Positions 44,661 to 57,900 of a stretch of 64,000 nucleotides of DNA are shown piece after piece (the first letter of the stretch is position 1; the number at the start of each line of letters is the position of its first letter). Made by a program: the position numbers and the translations under genes. A model generated the notes under the pieces. That model was not told where the DNA came from. It saw only the letters and a program-made list of their open reading frames with translations, and searched no databases. Location: assembly GCF_901765095.1 (NCBI RefSeq), contig NC_044034.1, positions 62,562,339 to 62,626,338 on the forward strand, written 5' to 3'. This stretch comes from Microcaecilia unicolor (taxonomy: Eukaryota).

Positions 44661-47557
44661 TATGTTTAATATGTCAATATGTCAATATGTCAAGAGCATA
44701 TTGAACAAGGCTGGACTTTCTAAGCATTTACATATTGAGATAAGTACTCTTGCCAAGCTTTAATGTATATGAAAATAGTGTCTCTTATGCATCTGCTTGT
44801 TGGGACTTGAAATTTATGAGAAATTTAGTTGTGAGTGGAGTTTTTTTTAAGACCCATGATTGATAAGGCCTCCTCATTATACAAAAGGCTTGTCCTTTAA
44901 GAACGAGGAACAGCCGAATGACCTGAGGTCTTTTTTCTCCACTTTTTTGTATTTTTACTAGAGTGTCCCTCAAACACGTTGCATAATAGGTAGGATAGTG
45001 ATAATATTATTGAAAGTAGATCCTACTTATTCCGAATTACTACAGGGTAAATGAAATCTCTCATTATTGTGTTATGTATTGCACATATGTAATATGTAAA
45101 CTGCTTTGGTTGTACCACAGAAAGGCAGAATATCAAGAACCTCATAAATACAAACATAATTCCACTCCCCAAAGAGATTGGGTATTTTATATTTTTTTGG
45201 TGTATTTTTTTTTAATTTTTTATAAATTGTATTGAAAATTTTTTTTCAAGTATACAACAAAAGGCAAAATAACAATATACAGAACTAAAAAGCATCCATC
45301 AGATACAGTACAAAAACTGTTATACTGCATAGCTAAAAGTGAAACGATATAGGGGATAGGTGATAGGTAAATCTAAAACATGATGACCTATGCACTAGTG
45401 CAGTTGTTAGCTGAACAGTAAGAGTCTAATGGTGCCGAAGACTGGAGAATGTGTGTTTTTATGGGATTAAAAAAAAATCTGGCTGATTATTCAAAGCAAT
45501 TTAAGCAGACAGGAGAGGCTCCTGCCTGCTTAAATTGCCTGTTGCCACCTAACCAGGGGCTGAATATCGCCTCTGACCGGCCCCAGGAAAAGTAGGCAGG
45601 TCAGGAGTGGTACAGGGGTGGAGTTAGAGAGGAGCCCAGGGTTATGCGGATGTCGGCACCCGCATAGCTAAGAGAGCAAATTTAGGACACCTTAAAAGCT
45701 GTCTTAATTTGACTCACTTAGCAATGCAGGTGCTGGCACTTAATATTGGCAGGCACTGAATATTGGGTGGGGCCTGCTCAACTTGTTTTGTAGTGCTGCA
45801 GTCCCTCTCCTGGGACCCCCCAGAAAAATGAATATAGAGAGTTCTAAGATTAAGCTTCCACTGTTAGAAACTCGCCTGAGGAATGTTTGTTTATGTTTGT
45901 TGTCTAAATGCTCTTAATTGTTTAGATGAAACCAAGAGATTTTATAAGAGGAATTTTTGAAAAGAAGATTTATACCTTTGAAGTAAGGTGAATAAAGAAA
46001 TGACATTTTGCCTGAATTTAAGAGCATAGTCTTTTATTTGGTGTAGAGGAAACTTGTGGACAGATAGCAGCCTAGGATGAAAAGATGGAGGGCCTGCCAT
46101 TACAGGGGGCAGGGTGAAGTGCAAACAGAGGTCCTCCTTCTGGACAGCACCCATGTTGACCCCAGTATGGGAAATCAGGGCCGCCGAGAGACTGAGCCAG
46201 GGCAGGGCCACCGCCCTTCCCCCCCCCCCCCCCCCCCCCCCAGGATCACCATCTCTGCCTCCATACCTTGGCTGGCTGGGCTCCTGAGGCCCCGCCAGCA
46301 GGTGGCCTTCCTTTAGCGCTGCTTAATGCTCTGCCGCATTGCCTGCCCCTGCGGCTGCTTTTTTTTTTTATCATGTCGAGCATGCTGGGTTTCAAAACTG
46401 AGCATGCGCAGCCTGATGGCCCAGCAGCCACTTGGCAGGCAGGCAGTGTGGCAGAGGAAAGAGCAACGCCTGCTGTGTCTGCTCCTTCGGGTCCTCCCCA
46501 GCCTCCAAGGGGGGCCCAGCTCCATAGTTTTCTCTCCTGCTCCTGTCGGACGCAATCACCCAGGTCCCGTCAGGAGCAGGGGAGAGAGAGAAAGGGAGAC
46601 ACTGGTGCCAGGCCCCCCTTGGAGGCCCAGGGATTTTGCTCCCCCTGCCCCACCTGTCAGTGGCCCTGTGGGAAATCATTGCCCAGACAACAGAGTGAAC
46701 CTGCAAACAGACACCAGGGTGGCCCCTAGCTGTGATAGCTTACATAGATAGAGTGAAGTTGTTCCCAGAGGTGGGTTATGGTTAGCATTTACACACAGAC
46801 CATAGTCTTTTACGCAGCTTAGTGGTTAACTCCCTTTGAGGGTTTGAGGGCGTACGATGTACTATAAAGCACAGTCTCCTTGTAAGTAGATATTTTGTTC
46901 TCCTACACACGGTGTTTATCATTTCAAAGAGATTGGGTATGGGTGGGATGGGTTGGGTCAGTGTGGAGGGAGAACGGGGTACATTATGTCAGCAGTGGTA
47001 GTGATGATTAGATGGGGGATCTTAGTTGCTCCAAGCTTGATGACTGTGTAAGTCAGTTCAATTGCATGTTTTTTTGTATTGATCACTGATACTTTGCATC
47101 TTTTATTGTTGGTACAGTCTACTATGGGAGTTAGAGGATAGTTATCATGCGTATATAGTGGGATGGGGGGTGGGATATTTGATGACAGATTATTTTTTCC
47201 CTTTCCTTCTCTGTTGTATGTTCCTCATGTTTATCTTTGTATATGCATTTGATTGGATGTACTCTTTCATATGGTCATCAATAAAAAATTTTGAACCATA
47301 CACACAGACTGAAAAAACAAAATACATGTGTATCCGTGTAGATTAAGTCAGAAAAATTATGTGTGCTAAAGGGCAAGTGTAAATGAAAGTGCATAAATTA
47401 TCTGGAGTAGGTTTTCAAAGTGCGTACTTTGACTTTGAAAATTTACCGGTTCTTGCACAACAAAAGGATATGTGTACTATTAATATGTTCACACAGTTAT
47501 TAAATTATTCCTGAATACTATTTAAGGATTGCTCTTTATATTTGTATTTTATTCTAG

Positions 47558-47638
47558 CTACTTCACAAGCTTACAGCACGAGCAATAATTAAAGATTATG
47601 AGCATGGAATTCTTCATGAGAATGAGGCTGAACATGAG
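47558..47638 (+). CDS. Exon of host gene: LLHKLTARAIIKDYEHGILHENEAEHE
   Basis: Acceptor ttttattctag|cta, donor gag|gtctgt, 81 nt, phase 0-0. Confidence 0.45.
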
Positions 47639-49769
47639 GTCTGTATAACATCTTCAGATTTTGTAAAATAAATCTCTGAAAGCACTGATTTTGGGAAAAT
47701 GGAGTTCTATACCAATACAGTTACTGCTAAATAAGAACAAGTTAAATATGGAGTAATACTAATATTTTTGGTGTCTTCAGATGCATGGACAGAGCCTTCA
47801 TAATTTGCTGTGAAATAGATGCCTTTATGAAAGACAACCAGCAGTCATATAATCATACAGTATTTTATATGTACAGTGTGTGGGTTCTATTTGCACCAAA
47901 TACGTGGGACATTGAATATCTGGAACTAATTCTTTAGGTGCTGGCCACTAGAACCCACATAAAGAATTCTGGCCAGGTAACGATTATCCCCTCCCAAAAC
48001 TTCAGAATCTTGCCCACCTATTTCCTGAAGAAAATCTAAGCCGGCGCTGGCCCCCTCTGAATATAATGGGTCCTGCCAGCGCAGCTTGAGCAGCAGAAGC
48101 CATGGGCTTTCTACTATCCTGAGAAGGATTGCAGGTTCCCTCTAAATACTTAATTACCCCAACCTTGTATCTGCTCATGACAGTTTTACACAGTCTGGGC
48201 AGTAGCAAACTACATAATTAGAAAGAAACCCAATAGTCAGTAGATATAGCAAGATAGTTTATTAGCATCAGTATCTTACCCAAAGGCAGCACAAGGCAAA
48301 TCCGGCAGCTCAGATATTCACATAGTGGAGCAGCACTTCACGACGGATGACATGTGCCTTCAAAGGTTACTGGCTTCTCTCTGGCACTGCTTAGTTAGCA
48401 GACCTTTTATACTTTTTTGATCCCATTGATCCCTATGAGCCACCTGCAATTTCATCATAATTGGCACACACATCCAATTATGCCCAAGTTCCAACTTTCT
48501 TATCTCTCATCCAATTATGACCAAGTTTCAACTTTATCTCCAAGCTTCGCTCATCCTTACATTTAACTTTTCTGCACCTGGCCCAATTATTTTTTATATT
48601 TTCTCAGCATGCCTATGTCCAGCTGTACACAACCCTTGCCAACTCTGTATCTCTGCCAAGCTTAATTGGGCTGTCACATTTCTTCAGTGAAGTATCAGGA
48701 CTGAGAGATGCTATGATTTTACAGGCCTAGTTTGCTTTAGGAAGCCTGAACCTGTTTTTCACTGCATTCAATTTGTGACAATTATTTACATTTCCCCTCT
48801 TGCCGGGCCCCTAAGGGGGGGGCCGGCACACATGACTACACGTGTGTGTGGCCATCCTTTCCAGAGGGCTCTTAGGCATTCAATTTGTGACAATTATTTA
48901 CACCTCCTCCTCCCCCCCCCCCCCCTTCGGACCTACCTTTGTGAGTCCTTGGTGGTTTAGGGGGGAAACAGGCAGGAGTGATGCCCACCTACTCCTGCCA
49001 GGCACATCCTGAAGTAATCGCAACACTTGAAATACTGCGAGGCTTCTGCTAGATGTGGCAGAAATTTTGAAGAGCATGTGTTAAGTGCTTCCACATTAAC
49101 TGAAGCAGGAAGTGCGCATTAATGTGAAAGTTAATATATGTCCTGCATGGAAAATACTGGGAATGGCCCCAATAGGTGCCTTTTTAAATTTGTAGCTACT
49201 GTGTGGTGAAGTCCTTTGCTAAGCTGCAGCTTTTACCATACTTTAGAAAAAGGGCCCTTAAAGCTACATAAAATATTATTTGGGTGTGTGTATTTTTTTT
49301 TCCCAAGTACTTTACCTATAGCTTTTATAGATATCTGAAGGGGTATTTTATAATGAGACTATTAAGGTACCTAGGTGCAAATGCTCATTTGTTCCTTTAT
49401 AAAATTACCCCAGGAAAAATTGGTGTACACATTTATACCTATTCTGAGGCAGAGTATGTATCTGTATGCTGGATAATTTAGGGGCATATGAGCATATTCT
49501 ATAAGGTGTGAACATAAGTGACAGTTCTGCCCCTGCTCTGCTCATTTTGTGCCTTCAGAAACACATGTATATCATATAAAACAAAATGTTATATTGCTGT
49601 GCAGCTGCTTTATGGCTGTAGAAATGCTAAATAGTAGTAGTAGTAGTAGTTCAGTATCTATAAGCTCAGATCCCCTTATAAAATTATCACAAAGCTACTG
49701 TATAGCATATAATATTTATTGTATTAAGTACATTAAATTGAAAATACGTTTTATTTCATTTTATTCTAG

Positions 49770-49865
49770 ATGAGGAAACAAGAATTAAAGTCACTTATAA
49801 TTGAGCTTAGCAAGGAGTACTCCATTGTGACTCAGTTCACAAGTTTTGTAGCCATTGAGGAAAGG
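49770..49865 (+). CDS. Exon of host gene: MRKQELKSLIIELSKEYSIVTQFTSFVAIEER
   Basis: Acceptor ttttattctag|atg, donor agg|gtatgt, 96 nt, phase 0-0. The SxVxQxTSFVAxExR-type motif recurs in VIT-vWA proteins. Confidence 0.5.
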
Positions 49866-50234
49866 GTATGTATTAAACTAGATAACTTTAAAATCTACTG
49901 TTTTATAAATTGGGCCATAGGCTTTACTGTGTATTTTTATTTCTATGGTTAATAATTTATGACGCTGCACTGTAAAAGAACAGTTTTGAAAAATGAAGCG
50001 GAGGTGTGGCCTAGTAGTTAGAGAAGCAGGTTGTGAACTAGAGTAAAAATCCTGCTTCTCCCTCTGATGCTCTTAACAAGTTACACTTCACCCTCCTTTG
50101 CCTCGGGTGCAATTATCTAGATCTTAAATTTAAAATGTTCAGTTTCACTGAATTTCAAACGTCTAAAATTTGTAACATCCAAAAAATGAAAGAAACATAA
50201 ATGTGAAAATAGACCCTTATCTATTGTGCATGAT

Positions 50235-52830
50235 TTATGCTTGTACTGTGTACATAATCAGATCTCTTTCGCAATTCTGATCCTGTGTCTTGTACATTTT
50301 ATCATAAAGCTTTTCGGTCACTATAACAGATCCCCATACATCATTGGAAAAAGTATTGGAGAGCTTTGCTGAGTATGGGGATTTTGCAGGATTTAAATGA
50401 AATCTGCTGAAGTCTGAGGCATTACCTTTGAGGCAACTGTGGGATGCCCTGTTCCCTTTAAAGGGACAATACAGAATCTGCCTAGGAATCCTCAGAGGCT
50501 GCCGCCTCCAAATATATGAAAAGATTTTACTTTGAAGGCCCTTCAATCTAGTAGGATGTATCCTAACAGGAAGAGTTTGAAATAAATGCAAAAGCTTAGG
50601 AAGGGCCATCATTTTGCACACACTGATTCTCCCCAACCAAGTATTATTAAGCCTATGCCACCTATCTAAAGCAGTAGATAATTCAGAGAGAAGCTGTCCA
50701 GAATTCAATTGAAACAAAGAAATAGGTTTGGTGGGGAGTTTTACCCCCAGGTACAAAATATACTTCTTAGCCCATCCAAAGGGAAGCTGAACCTGTAAAG
50801 CAAGGACTTCTGTTGCAGGCAAGTTTATATTCATCAATTTAGACTTAAATGGCATTCATTTTGAACCCTGGCAATATGCTATAATCTTCCAACACATCCA
50901 AAATTTGGGGGAGTGACTGCCCAGGAGATCCCACAGTAAGAAGAATATCATTGGCAAAAAGAGAAATTGTACACTCCTCCCCATCTACTCTAATCCCTTT
51001 AATGCATTTTGCCAAATAATGGCCACTAAAGGTTCCACTACCAGGGCGAACAGCGGGGAGAGAGGGCAACCCTGCCAAGTCCTTCAAGATAAACTAAATT
51101 CACTAGAATACCCCCCATTTACCCTAACTTCGGGCTCTAAGGGAGTCATATAAAGATAAAATTGTCCTTGAAATTAGGCCCAACCCCCATTAGTCAACAC
51201 TTGTTGCATGAAAGCCCACTCTACTCTGTCAAAGGCTTTTTCAGCATCAACAGTGAGGAGTGTCATAGGGGTCTTTGAGGCATGAGCAAGCCAGATCAAA
51301 TCTAAGGTCCTCCTAACATTGTCACCAGTAGTCCACCCTGGTATGAAACCCAACTAGTCCTCCCCCCACTAAAATGCCAATAACCAGGTTCAATCTATTG
51401 GCCAGTACTTTGACAAGAAGCTTCACATCCTGATTCAACAGAGAGTTTGGTCTGTAGGACCCGCACAATGCAGGGTCCTTCCCCAGTTTACAGAACCGTT
51501 GTCCCTGCCACCAGCATAGAAGCAGGCAGATAGCCGCCCTTAAGAACCGAATTAAAGACTTGCATCAAAATTGTGGCCAAAGTCCCTACAAATGTTTTAT
51601 AGAAAGTACCAGTCAGGCCATCCAACCCTGGCGGTTTGCCAGGTTTGAGCGAAGCAATGTCCCTTTTCACCTCCTTCAACTGTATGGGCTCCTCCAAAAG
51701 AGAGCAGTGTTCCTCCATCAACTTAGGCAACAAAGTTGCAGGTAGGTATTGCTCAACAGCATCCATAGAACGGTATATCTCCTGTGTGTACAAATTTTGA
51801 TAAAAGTGGAGAAGTGCCTGTCTCATATGGTCTGAATCCCTAGTAAGGCACCCCATTCCCCCTCTGAAGGTAGTTATATTTGCTTGTGTATACTTCGTTT
51901 TTAATTGATGGGCCATAAATCTGCTAGTTTTATTGCCTTCCTCAAAGTAAATTTGTTGGGCCACTTTCAGGTCAAATGATATCTTATCCGCCCACAGGTT
52001 CTGTTATTGAGCCCTCTGCTGGCCCAGCTTCTTATGGAGCTTCGAAGTGGGAGATGAAAAAACCTTCTGCTCACATAAAGCAATTTCACTCCTCCGTTGG
52101 CATTCAGCCTGGGCTCACTGTTTCTTAAACCTACTAGTCCACTTTACAAGATAACACCTAACGTATGCCTTAAACCCATACCTGTAAGCATTCATCATGA
52201 TGTCTGGAGTTTGATTTAGAGAGAGAGAGAGATTCCTGCATTGCCTGATCAGGATTTTTCACTTCCTTCTGATCCTCCGGAAGAGTGTCATTGAGTCCTG
52301 CAGTTTCTTATCCTCCTCCCCTAAATGGTAAGATGCCCAAACTGGAGCATGATCAGAGCAGACATTTGCTTCAGCCTCCGTTCTGGAGACCCAAGTTCAA
52401 TAAGATCATATCAAAGAAGAGGTAGTCAATGTGAGAATAACAATTGTGAGGTGCAGAGAATAAATTATATTGAGTAGTGCTAGGATGAAGCTCCTGCCAC
52501 ACATCAGTCACCCCCCAAGTGACAGAGTAACATTTCGAGAGCCATCCTATCTCTCCTCCATTAGTGAGCATTGCTGGAATTATCTAATGGTGGAAAGAGT
52601 GTAACATTAACTCCCCCCCCCCCCCCCCCCCCAAAAAAAAAAATATATATATATATATATTCAGTTGAGAAAGTTGGTGTTCCAAGTCCAAAAAAGTCCT
52701 TTTGATGTTTGTTAGATGCGCAAACAGAAACTAAATTATATTTCTGCCCATGAAGTTCAACATGTAGTGCTATAAATCTATCCAAAGAATCTGTAATATA
52801 CTCTAATACAGTGTTTTCCAAGCCCTGTCC
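50235..52830 (-). mobile_element. Degenerate L1 copy on the minus strand, truncated at its 3' side, ORF2 broken into several ORFs
   Basis: The minus-strand ORFs 52561-52821 and 52371-52571 carry the EN region. ORF 51488-51964 has LKPGKPPGLDGL (RT N-terminus), 50845-51087 has FANDILL, and 50235-50855 has MMALPKLLHLF (thumb). Frames are interrupted. There is no C-terminal domain or poly-A at the low-coordinate end. Confidence 0.65.
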
Positions 52831-52995
52831 TGGAGTACCCCTTGCCAGTCAGGTTTTCAGGATATCCACAATGAATATGCATGAAAGAGATTTGCATATA
52901 ATCGAGGCAGTGTATACAAATCAAGTTCATTCATATTCATTGTGGATATCCTCAAAACCTGACTGGCAAGGGGTACTCCAGGACTGAACTTGGGA
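52812..52995. mobile_element. Tc1/mariner-like MITE (about 185 bp) with about 80-bp terminal inverted repeats beginning CAGTGTTTTCCAAG, inserted at or near the 5' end of the degenerate L1
   Basis: CAGTGTTTTCCAAGCCCTGTCCTGGAGTACCCCTTGCCAGTCAGGTTTTCAGGATATCCACAATGAATATG pairs with its reverse complement at 52920-52995. TA-rich flanks (ctaata / taatac) suggest a TA target. Confidence 0.5.
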
Positions 52996-54074
52996 AACAC
53001 TGCTGTAATACTCTAGGCTAAACTCTACTAGACATACAAATGCTCATTCCTTTCTTTTTTTCTTATTGGCGTGAGAGGAGAAAAAGCAAAATGGAAAATG
53101 CCTGTTCTGGAGGAGCCCCTCTACACCTCTCCATAAATGTGTTTCTTGAATAAAGCAAATATCTGCAGATAGGCAGGGTGACTCTTGAAACATACACTGT
53201 CCTTTTAAAGGGGACTTCAGCCCCTTAACATATTAATTTTAAAAGGAGTAGCTCCCATGGAAATCAGAAGGTCCAGGCCATCCAGATGAACAGGCAAAAG
53301 TACCACCTTATAGTTTATTAAAACTTGCTACTTCTCAAACCGACAAAGCAACGTACAGACTAAAAGTCAAAGGTAGGAAAGAAACTCATAATTGACAGGA
53401 CAGTAACAGATAATGAAGTATGTAGAAATAAAAAATAAAGATATTAGGAAGGAAGGGGGTGATGCAAAAGGTGGGCATATCAGACAAGGCAAGGATAAGA
53501 CTAATGCTTGGGGTTGCTGGCACCATTTTGAATCTGGCAGAGGCAGGAGTGACTGGAGGATCATTCCTGTGTAAACCTCAGGGAAACATCAAGGTAGGCC
53601 TGTAGGGGTGAATTTCCAGTAGGGGTCTTCAGCTGGGGGAGCCTTGAAGTCAGGGTGCTGTTGTGAGGGGGTATTACATATGGGGGGGGGGGGACTTTGG
53701 GAGGAGGATTTGTGGTTTGGGGGAGGAGGCTGAGGGGGAAGCTTATTTTTACTGTGGCTGGCCCCTTAAGCAGTGCCCAGGAGTAAAGCCATGGGGTGAG
53801 GAATTCATAAGGAAGGGAAGAGATAGGGAAGAAGCTGGATATGAGGAGGGACAGGGACACAAGGAGAGGGATAAGGACACATAGGAAGTATGGTGAATAT
53901 GGAGGGAGAATAGGGACAGTGAGAGGGCAGATGCTGAACATGGTGGGAAGTTAGAGACAGAGAGACATAAGGAAGACAGTGGACAAGAAGGATAGGGGGA
54001 TGGGGAAGATGAATGGTGGACATAGATAAGAAATGTCAAAAGGACAGGACATCCTGGAAAAGGAAAAAACAAAG

Positions 54075-54265
54075 CAAAGCAGAGTGGAGGAGTGGTCTAG
54101 TGGTTAGGGTGGTGGACTTTGGTCCTGGGGAACTGAGGAACTGAGTTCGATTCCCGGCACAGGCAGCTCCTTGTGACTCTGGGCAAGTCACTTAACCCTC
54201 CATTGCCTGCCGCATTGAGCCTGCCATGAGTGGGAAAGCACGGGGTACAAATGTAACAAAAATAA
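54075..54265 (+). mobile_element. tRNA-derived SINE copy with tail GCCGCATTGAGCCTGCCATGAGTGGGAAAGCACGGGGTACAAATG
   Basis: It has the tRNA-like head GGTCTAGTGGTTAGGGTGGTGGACTTTGGTCC...GAGTTCGATTCCCGG and the shared core and tail. The same tail occurs alone at 63188-63250 (+), 43950-44010 (+) and 24600-24690 (-). Confidence 0.6.
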
Positions 54266-54803
54266 AATAAACTGAGGTGAAAGCAATGCTCAGACAATAA
54301 AGCTAGAAAAAACATTTTCTGCATTTATTAATTGGAATATGTCACCTTTGGGGAATGTGTATCTATGATATCTTGATTTGGATTTGCTATGACGGATTTT
54401 CTTTATAGGGTTTATTTACTGGCACTCTGAAGGTATTCCTCCCCTCTCATTTACCCCCCCCCCCCCCCCCCCCCCCATTTACTAAGCTGCGCAGCAGTGC
54501 CACATTAGTGCGTGGCTTTAGTAAATGAGGGTTAATGAGATAGCTAATTAAATGGGTGGGACATTTTTGAAGGCAGGAAAAAAAGATGCTAGTACTCCAT
54601 ACCAGTGTGTGCCTGCTGGAAAAAGAAGCCTGTTTATTTCACTAAAACTCAGCATAAAACCAAAATGTTGCACGTTTTAACAAAGCGTGTTGCTTTAGAT
54701 TGTAAGTATTCATAGTTTCATTGTAATATACTTACAAAATCTTTCCAGTATCAAATAGCCTCATGAAACCTCTATTCTTGTAATGAGTTTGCTTTTGAAC
54801 TAG

Positions 54804-54986
54804 GGTTCCGAGATAACGCCACAGCCTGACATTCCAAACATTAAAGAACTTATAGCCAAAGAAGATATAGATCTCCTGCCTTATATGGACTGGGAAAGGA
54901 ATGCTAATAAATACGGGAACTTGGCAAATGATTTATGTGTTAAAGACGACTCTCTGGATGGATTTGATGACAACTTCTTTACAGAG
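54804..54986 (+). CDS. Exon of host gene: GSEITPQPDIPNIKELIAKEDIDLLPYMDWERNANKYGNLANDLCVKDDSLDGFDDNFFTE
   Basis: Acceptor ttttgaactag|ggt, donor gag|gtaaat, 183 nt, single open frame. Confidence 0.5.
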
Positions 54987-55955
54987 GTAAATATATGTTG
55001 AAGTATGTTTATTAAAGATAATTCAGAACAAGTACTAGTAATGTGCAATATTCCCAAAATTTTGCTACAGCCTTAAAAGAGGTAGTCTTCCAAGAACAGC
55101 AAGATAAATCTGAGAAAATAAGTGATCATAATATCTATAATCCTCCCATTCTTACATCCACTATCCTTGTCCCACCCCGTCCCCCCCTCAAGTCATTCAT
55201 CCCTCTATACCCCTTGGCAGTGCGGGATCTGTCAATTAGATGATACACTAGTCCATATTTAAGATTATGCTGCCGCATGCGTTCCACATCAATCAATGAG
55301 TTTTAACTACTGCAGCAATTTGTTTTTATGATATACGTAGAAATAAAGGTAATGTTTGGGCATTTACTTACCTGAAGCCTTTGACCACCACCCATCCCTG
55401 ATGATTCCAGTTTAAAGCTTTCTTCATTAAGTTAGCCCCTCTGTTCTGGAGATGCTTCACCCTTTCTTTGATAAGTTGACAGCATCTCCTTGGGATATCA
55501 TGCTGTCATCAGCGGAGCCATGCATTTATCTCAATAATGTGAGCTTTGCTGCCTCAGTCTGTATCATCTTAGAAATATTTGGTAGTCTTGAGTCTTTCCT
55601 CATATAGCTTCATTTACACCTGAAAATGACTTTCTCAAATTACCCCTGGAAAGTGCTTTATAAATTGCACCCACTTTGTTGATTTATTTGATAGTTTATA
55701 TTGTAAACTGCTTAGCTGTCTTTGACATGAGTGGTACATAAAGCGAATAAATCAAATCAAAGGAATATTAGGAGAGAAATGTAGAATAGTCATAGTTTTT
55801 CAGAGTACAAGTTCAGGCACAATGTGATTTATAAATTATATATATTTAATGAAGAAAGGTATCCCATTATATAATCAGAGTTTCTGTTCCTTACAGAGAA
55901 AGTATTTATATTCTGGATTTCTGTTAATGTCTGTTCTCCTAATTTGTCTCACTAG

Positions 55956-56681
55956 GATTATGAAGATTCAGATGCAATGTCACTTGGAATATCAGATGAA
56001 AGCTTCGTGTTTACACGTGGCCTAGTAAACAGTCCAGCGCCACTTATTTTGGATGATATGTTGCAATCAGCAGCCTTTCCTCCCTCTGTTAGTTCTCCTT
56101 TTCCTCCTCCTCCTCCTCCTCCTCCTGGTCTTCCACTAATCCGTCCAATTTGTTTAGCAGCCTCTCCTCCCTGTTCTGGTTCTTCTGCTGCTGCTGCTCC
56201 TCCTCCTCCTCCTCTTCCTCCCTGTGCTGGTTCTCATGTTGTTGCTGCTCCTGCTCCTCCCTGTCCTGGTGCTCCTGCTGCTCCTCGTCCTCCTCCTCCT
56301 CTTCGTCCCTGTGCTGGTTCTCCTGTTGCTGCTGCTGCTGCTCCTGCTCCTCCCTGTCCTGGTGCTCCTGCTGCTCCTCTTCCCCTTCCCTCTCTTGATC
56401 TTCCTAAATTTATGGTGGCTCCTCCTCCTCCTCCTCCTTTTCCTCTTCTTTCTCTTGATCTTCCTAAATTTATGGTGGCAGAAAGTGACAAGATGCCTGA
56501 ATTTCCAGAAGTGTCATTTTCCTCAAAAAAGAAAATACGGAAATATGTTCAGTTGCCATCTGAATATCAAGTTTCCAAGTCCAGTGATTTTGATAAGGAG
56601 TCAAATTTCTCTGCTCCTCCGCCTCTTCCTGCACATCTTGTTTTGCCTGGCTCGAAAACTAAACATACTAGTCTACGAATG
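55956..56681 (+). CDS. Large exon of host gene encoding a Pro/Ala-rich low-complexity region with internal tandem repeats (DYEDSDAMSLGISDESFVFTRGL...PPPPPPPPGLP...PLPSLDLPKFMVA x2...TSLRM)
   Basis: Acceptor tctcactag|gat, donor atg|gtaagatgc, 726 nt, open in one frame. The alternative-frame and antisense ORFs at 56150-56685 are artefacts of the same repeats. Confidence 0.55.
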
Positions 56682-57589
56682 GTAAGATGCTTAATTTCTG
56701 ATAGTTTTACTTGAAATTCTTTTCAGCTTAAATGTTGGTCTCATTAGGGATCTAGTGTATCAAGTACCATCGAAGTGCAGTGATTAATGCTTGACAGAAT
56801 GTTTTCTTGCCACAGTTAGCAAGCCTATAGGGGGAATGATTGAATAATCTACTGTGTTTCAAGCTACATGTACACTTTTACACACGTGTATCTTGTAGCT
56901 GGTTTTCAGAGCATGGCCATCTGAATACTTTGTACCTGCTTGGACAAGACCCCCCTAGCAGTAGTAGCTTGATACTGCCACTAGGGGCACCATTTTGAGG
57001 GCGGTGCTGGACAGGCCAGGAGTGACTGGGCATCACTTCCTATTTTTATATTGCTAATTTGCTGTTGTAGGGTTTTTATGTTTATGTAAATCATTTGCTC
57101 TTTATTGTAAACCTTTCTAAAGCCAAATGGACCAGATGGTGTATGAATACCGTCCCTCCTGATATTCAGCACTATTTAACCAGTCAGAAGCGGCAGCTGA
57201 CCGGTTAAATACTGTTTCGTTGGTTAATCCTGTATATTCAGCAGGAGATAACCAGTTATCTCCACTGAATATTCGCAGTTAGTGCCTACCACTAAACTGG
57301 CTATGTCGCGCGATTTATCCAGTTAGGCATGGATATTCAGTTCCAGACTGGATAAGATTAGCAGTTAAATTGGGCCATGTAGATAGCAGTTTAACAGCTA
57401 TGACTTAACCTGAATATCGGCTTAACTGTTTGTGTTTAGCACCCCAAAACCCCCTCGGATATTTAATGCAAGTCATTGGAAACTGTCTGGAATTGAATAA
57501 TCTGGGTTTAACACCAGCTTGTTTATTATTATTGTTTTTTTCAGGGAGGGGGGGATAGTGACTTCTAACTCAGAAGCCAGCATTTTGTA

Positions 57590-57900
57590 TGTGTAGTTGG
57601 GATTATTTTTCCCTATGTGCATCACTTTGCACTTGTCCACTATCTTCTACTGTTTTAACAAATTTTGAGTAGTTTTTTCATTTGAAAATTTTATCACCTC
57701 ACTTGTCATTCTTTTCTCCAGGTAATTTATAAGTACATTGAACAACACAGGTCCCAATGGAGACGCTTGAGCCACTCCATTAGTGACAACCATTTGGAAA
57801 ATTGACCATTTAGTCCTCGTTTCCTGTCTTTTAGCCAAATTCCAATCCACAATAGGGCATTGACTTCTATCCCATGACTTTATACTTTCCTGAGGAGTCT
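57590..57900 (-). mobile_element. CR1-like RT fragment (minus), ORF 57647-57850: …ASPLGPVLFNVLINYLEKRMTSEVIKFSNE…
   Basis: Homologous to [32 protein letters not shown] of the CR1 at 12667-14286. Flanking nucleotides are similar to 13300-13760. Confidence 0.55.

Noticed and set aside
53561-54072. Minus-strand ORFs 53561-53941, 53749-54072 and 53805-54023
   Set aside because: Purine/pyrimidine-biased low-complexity DNA (GGGAAG/GAGAGG-rich) with no gene signals.
56150-56685. ORFs 56150-56398 (+), 56224-56685 (+) and 56234-56491 (-) with poly-Leu, poly-Ser/Cys or poly-Gly translations
   Set aside because: They are alternative-frame and antisense readings of the (CCT/GCT)n-rich coding exon 55956-56681. 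Only the frame continuous with splice sites and neighbouring exons is plausible.
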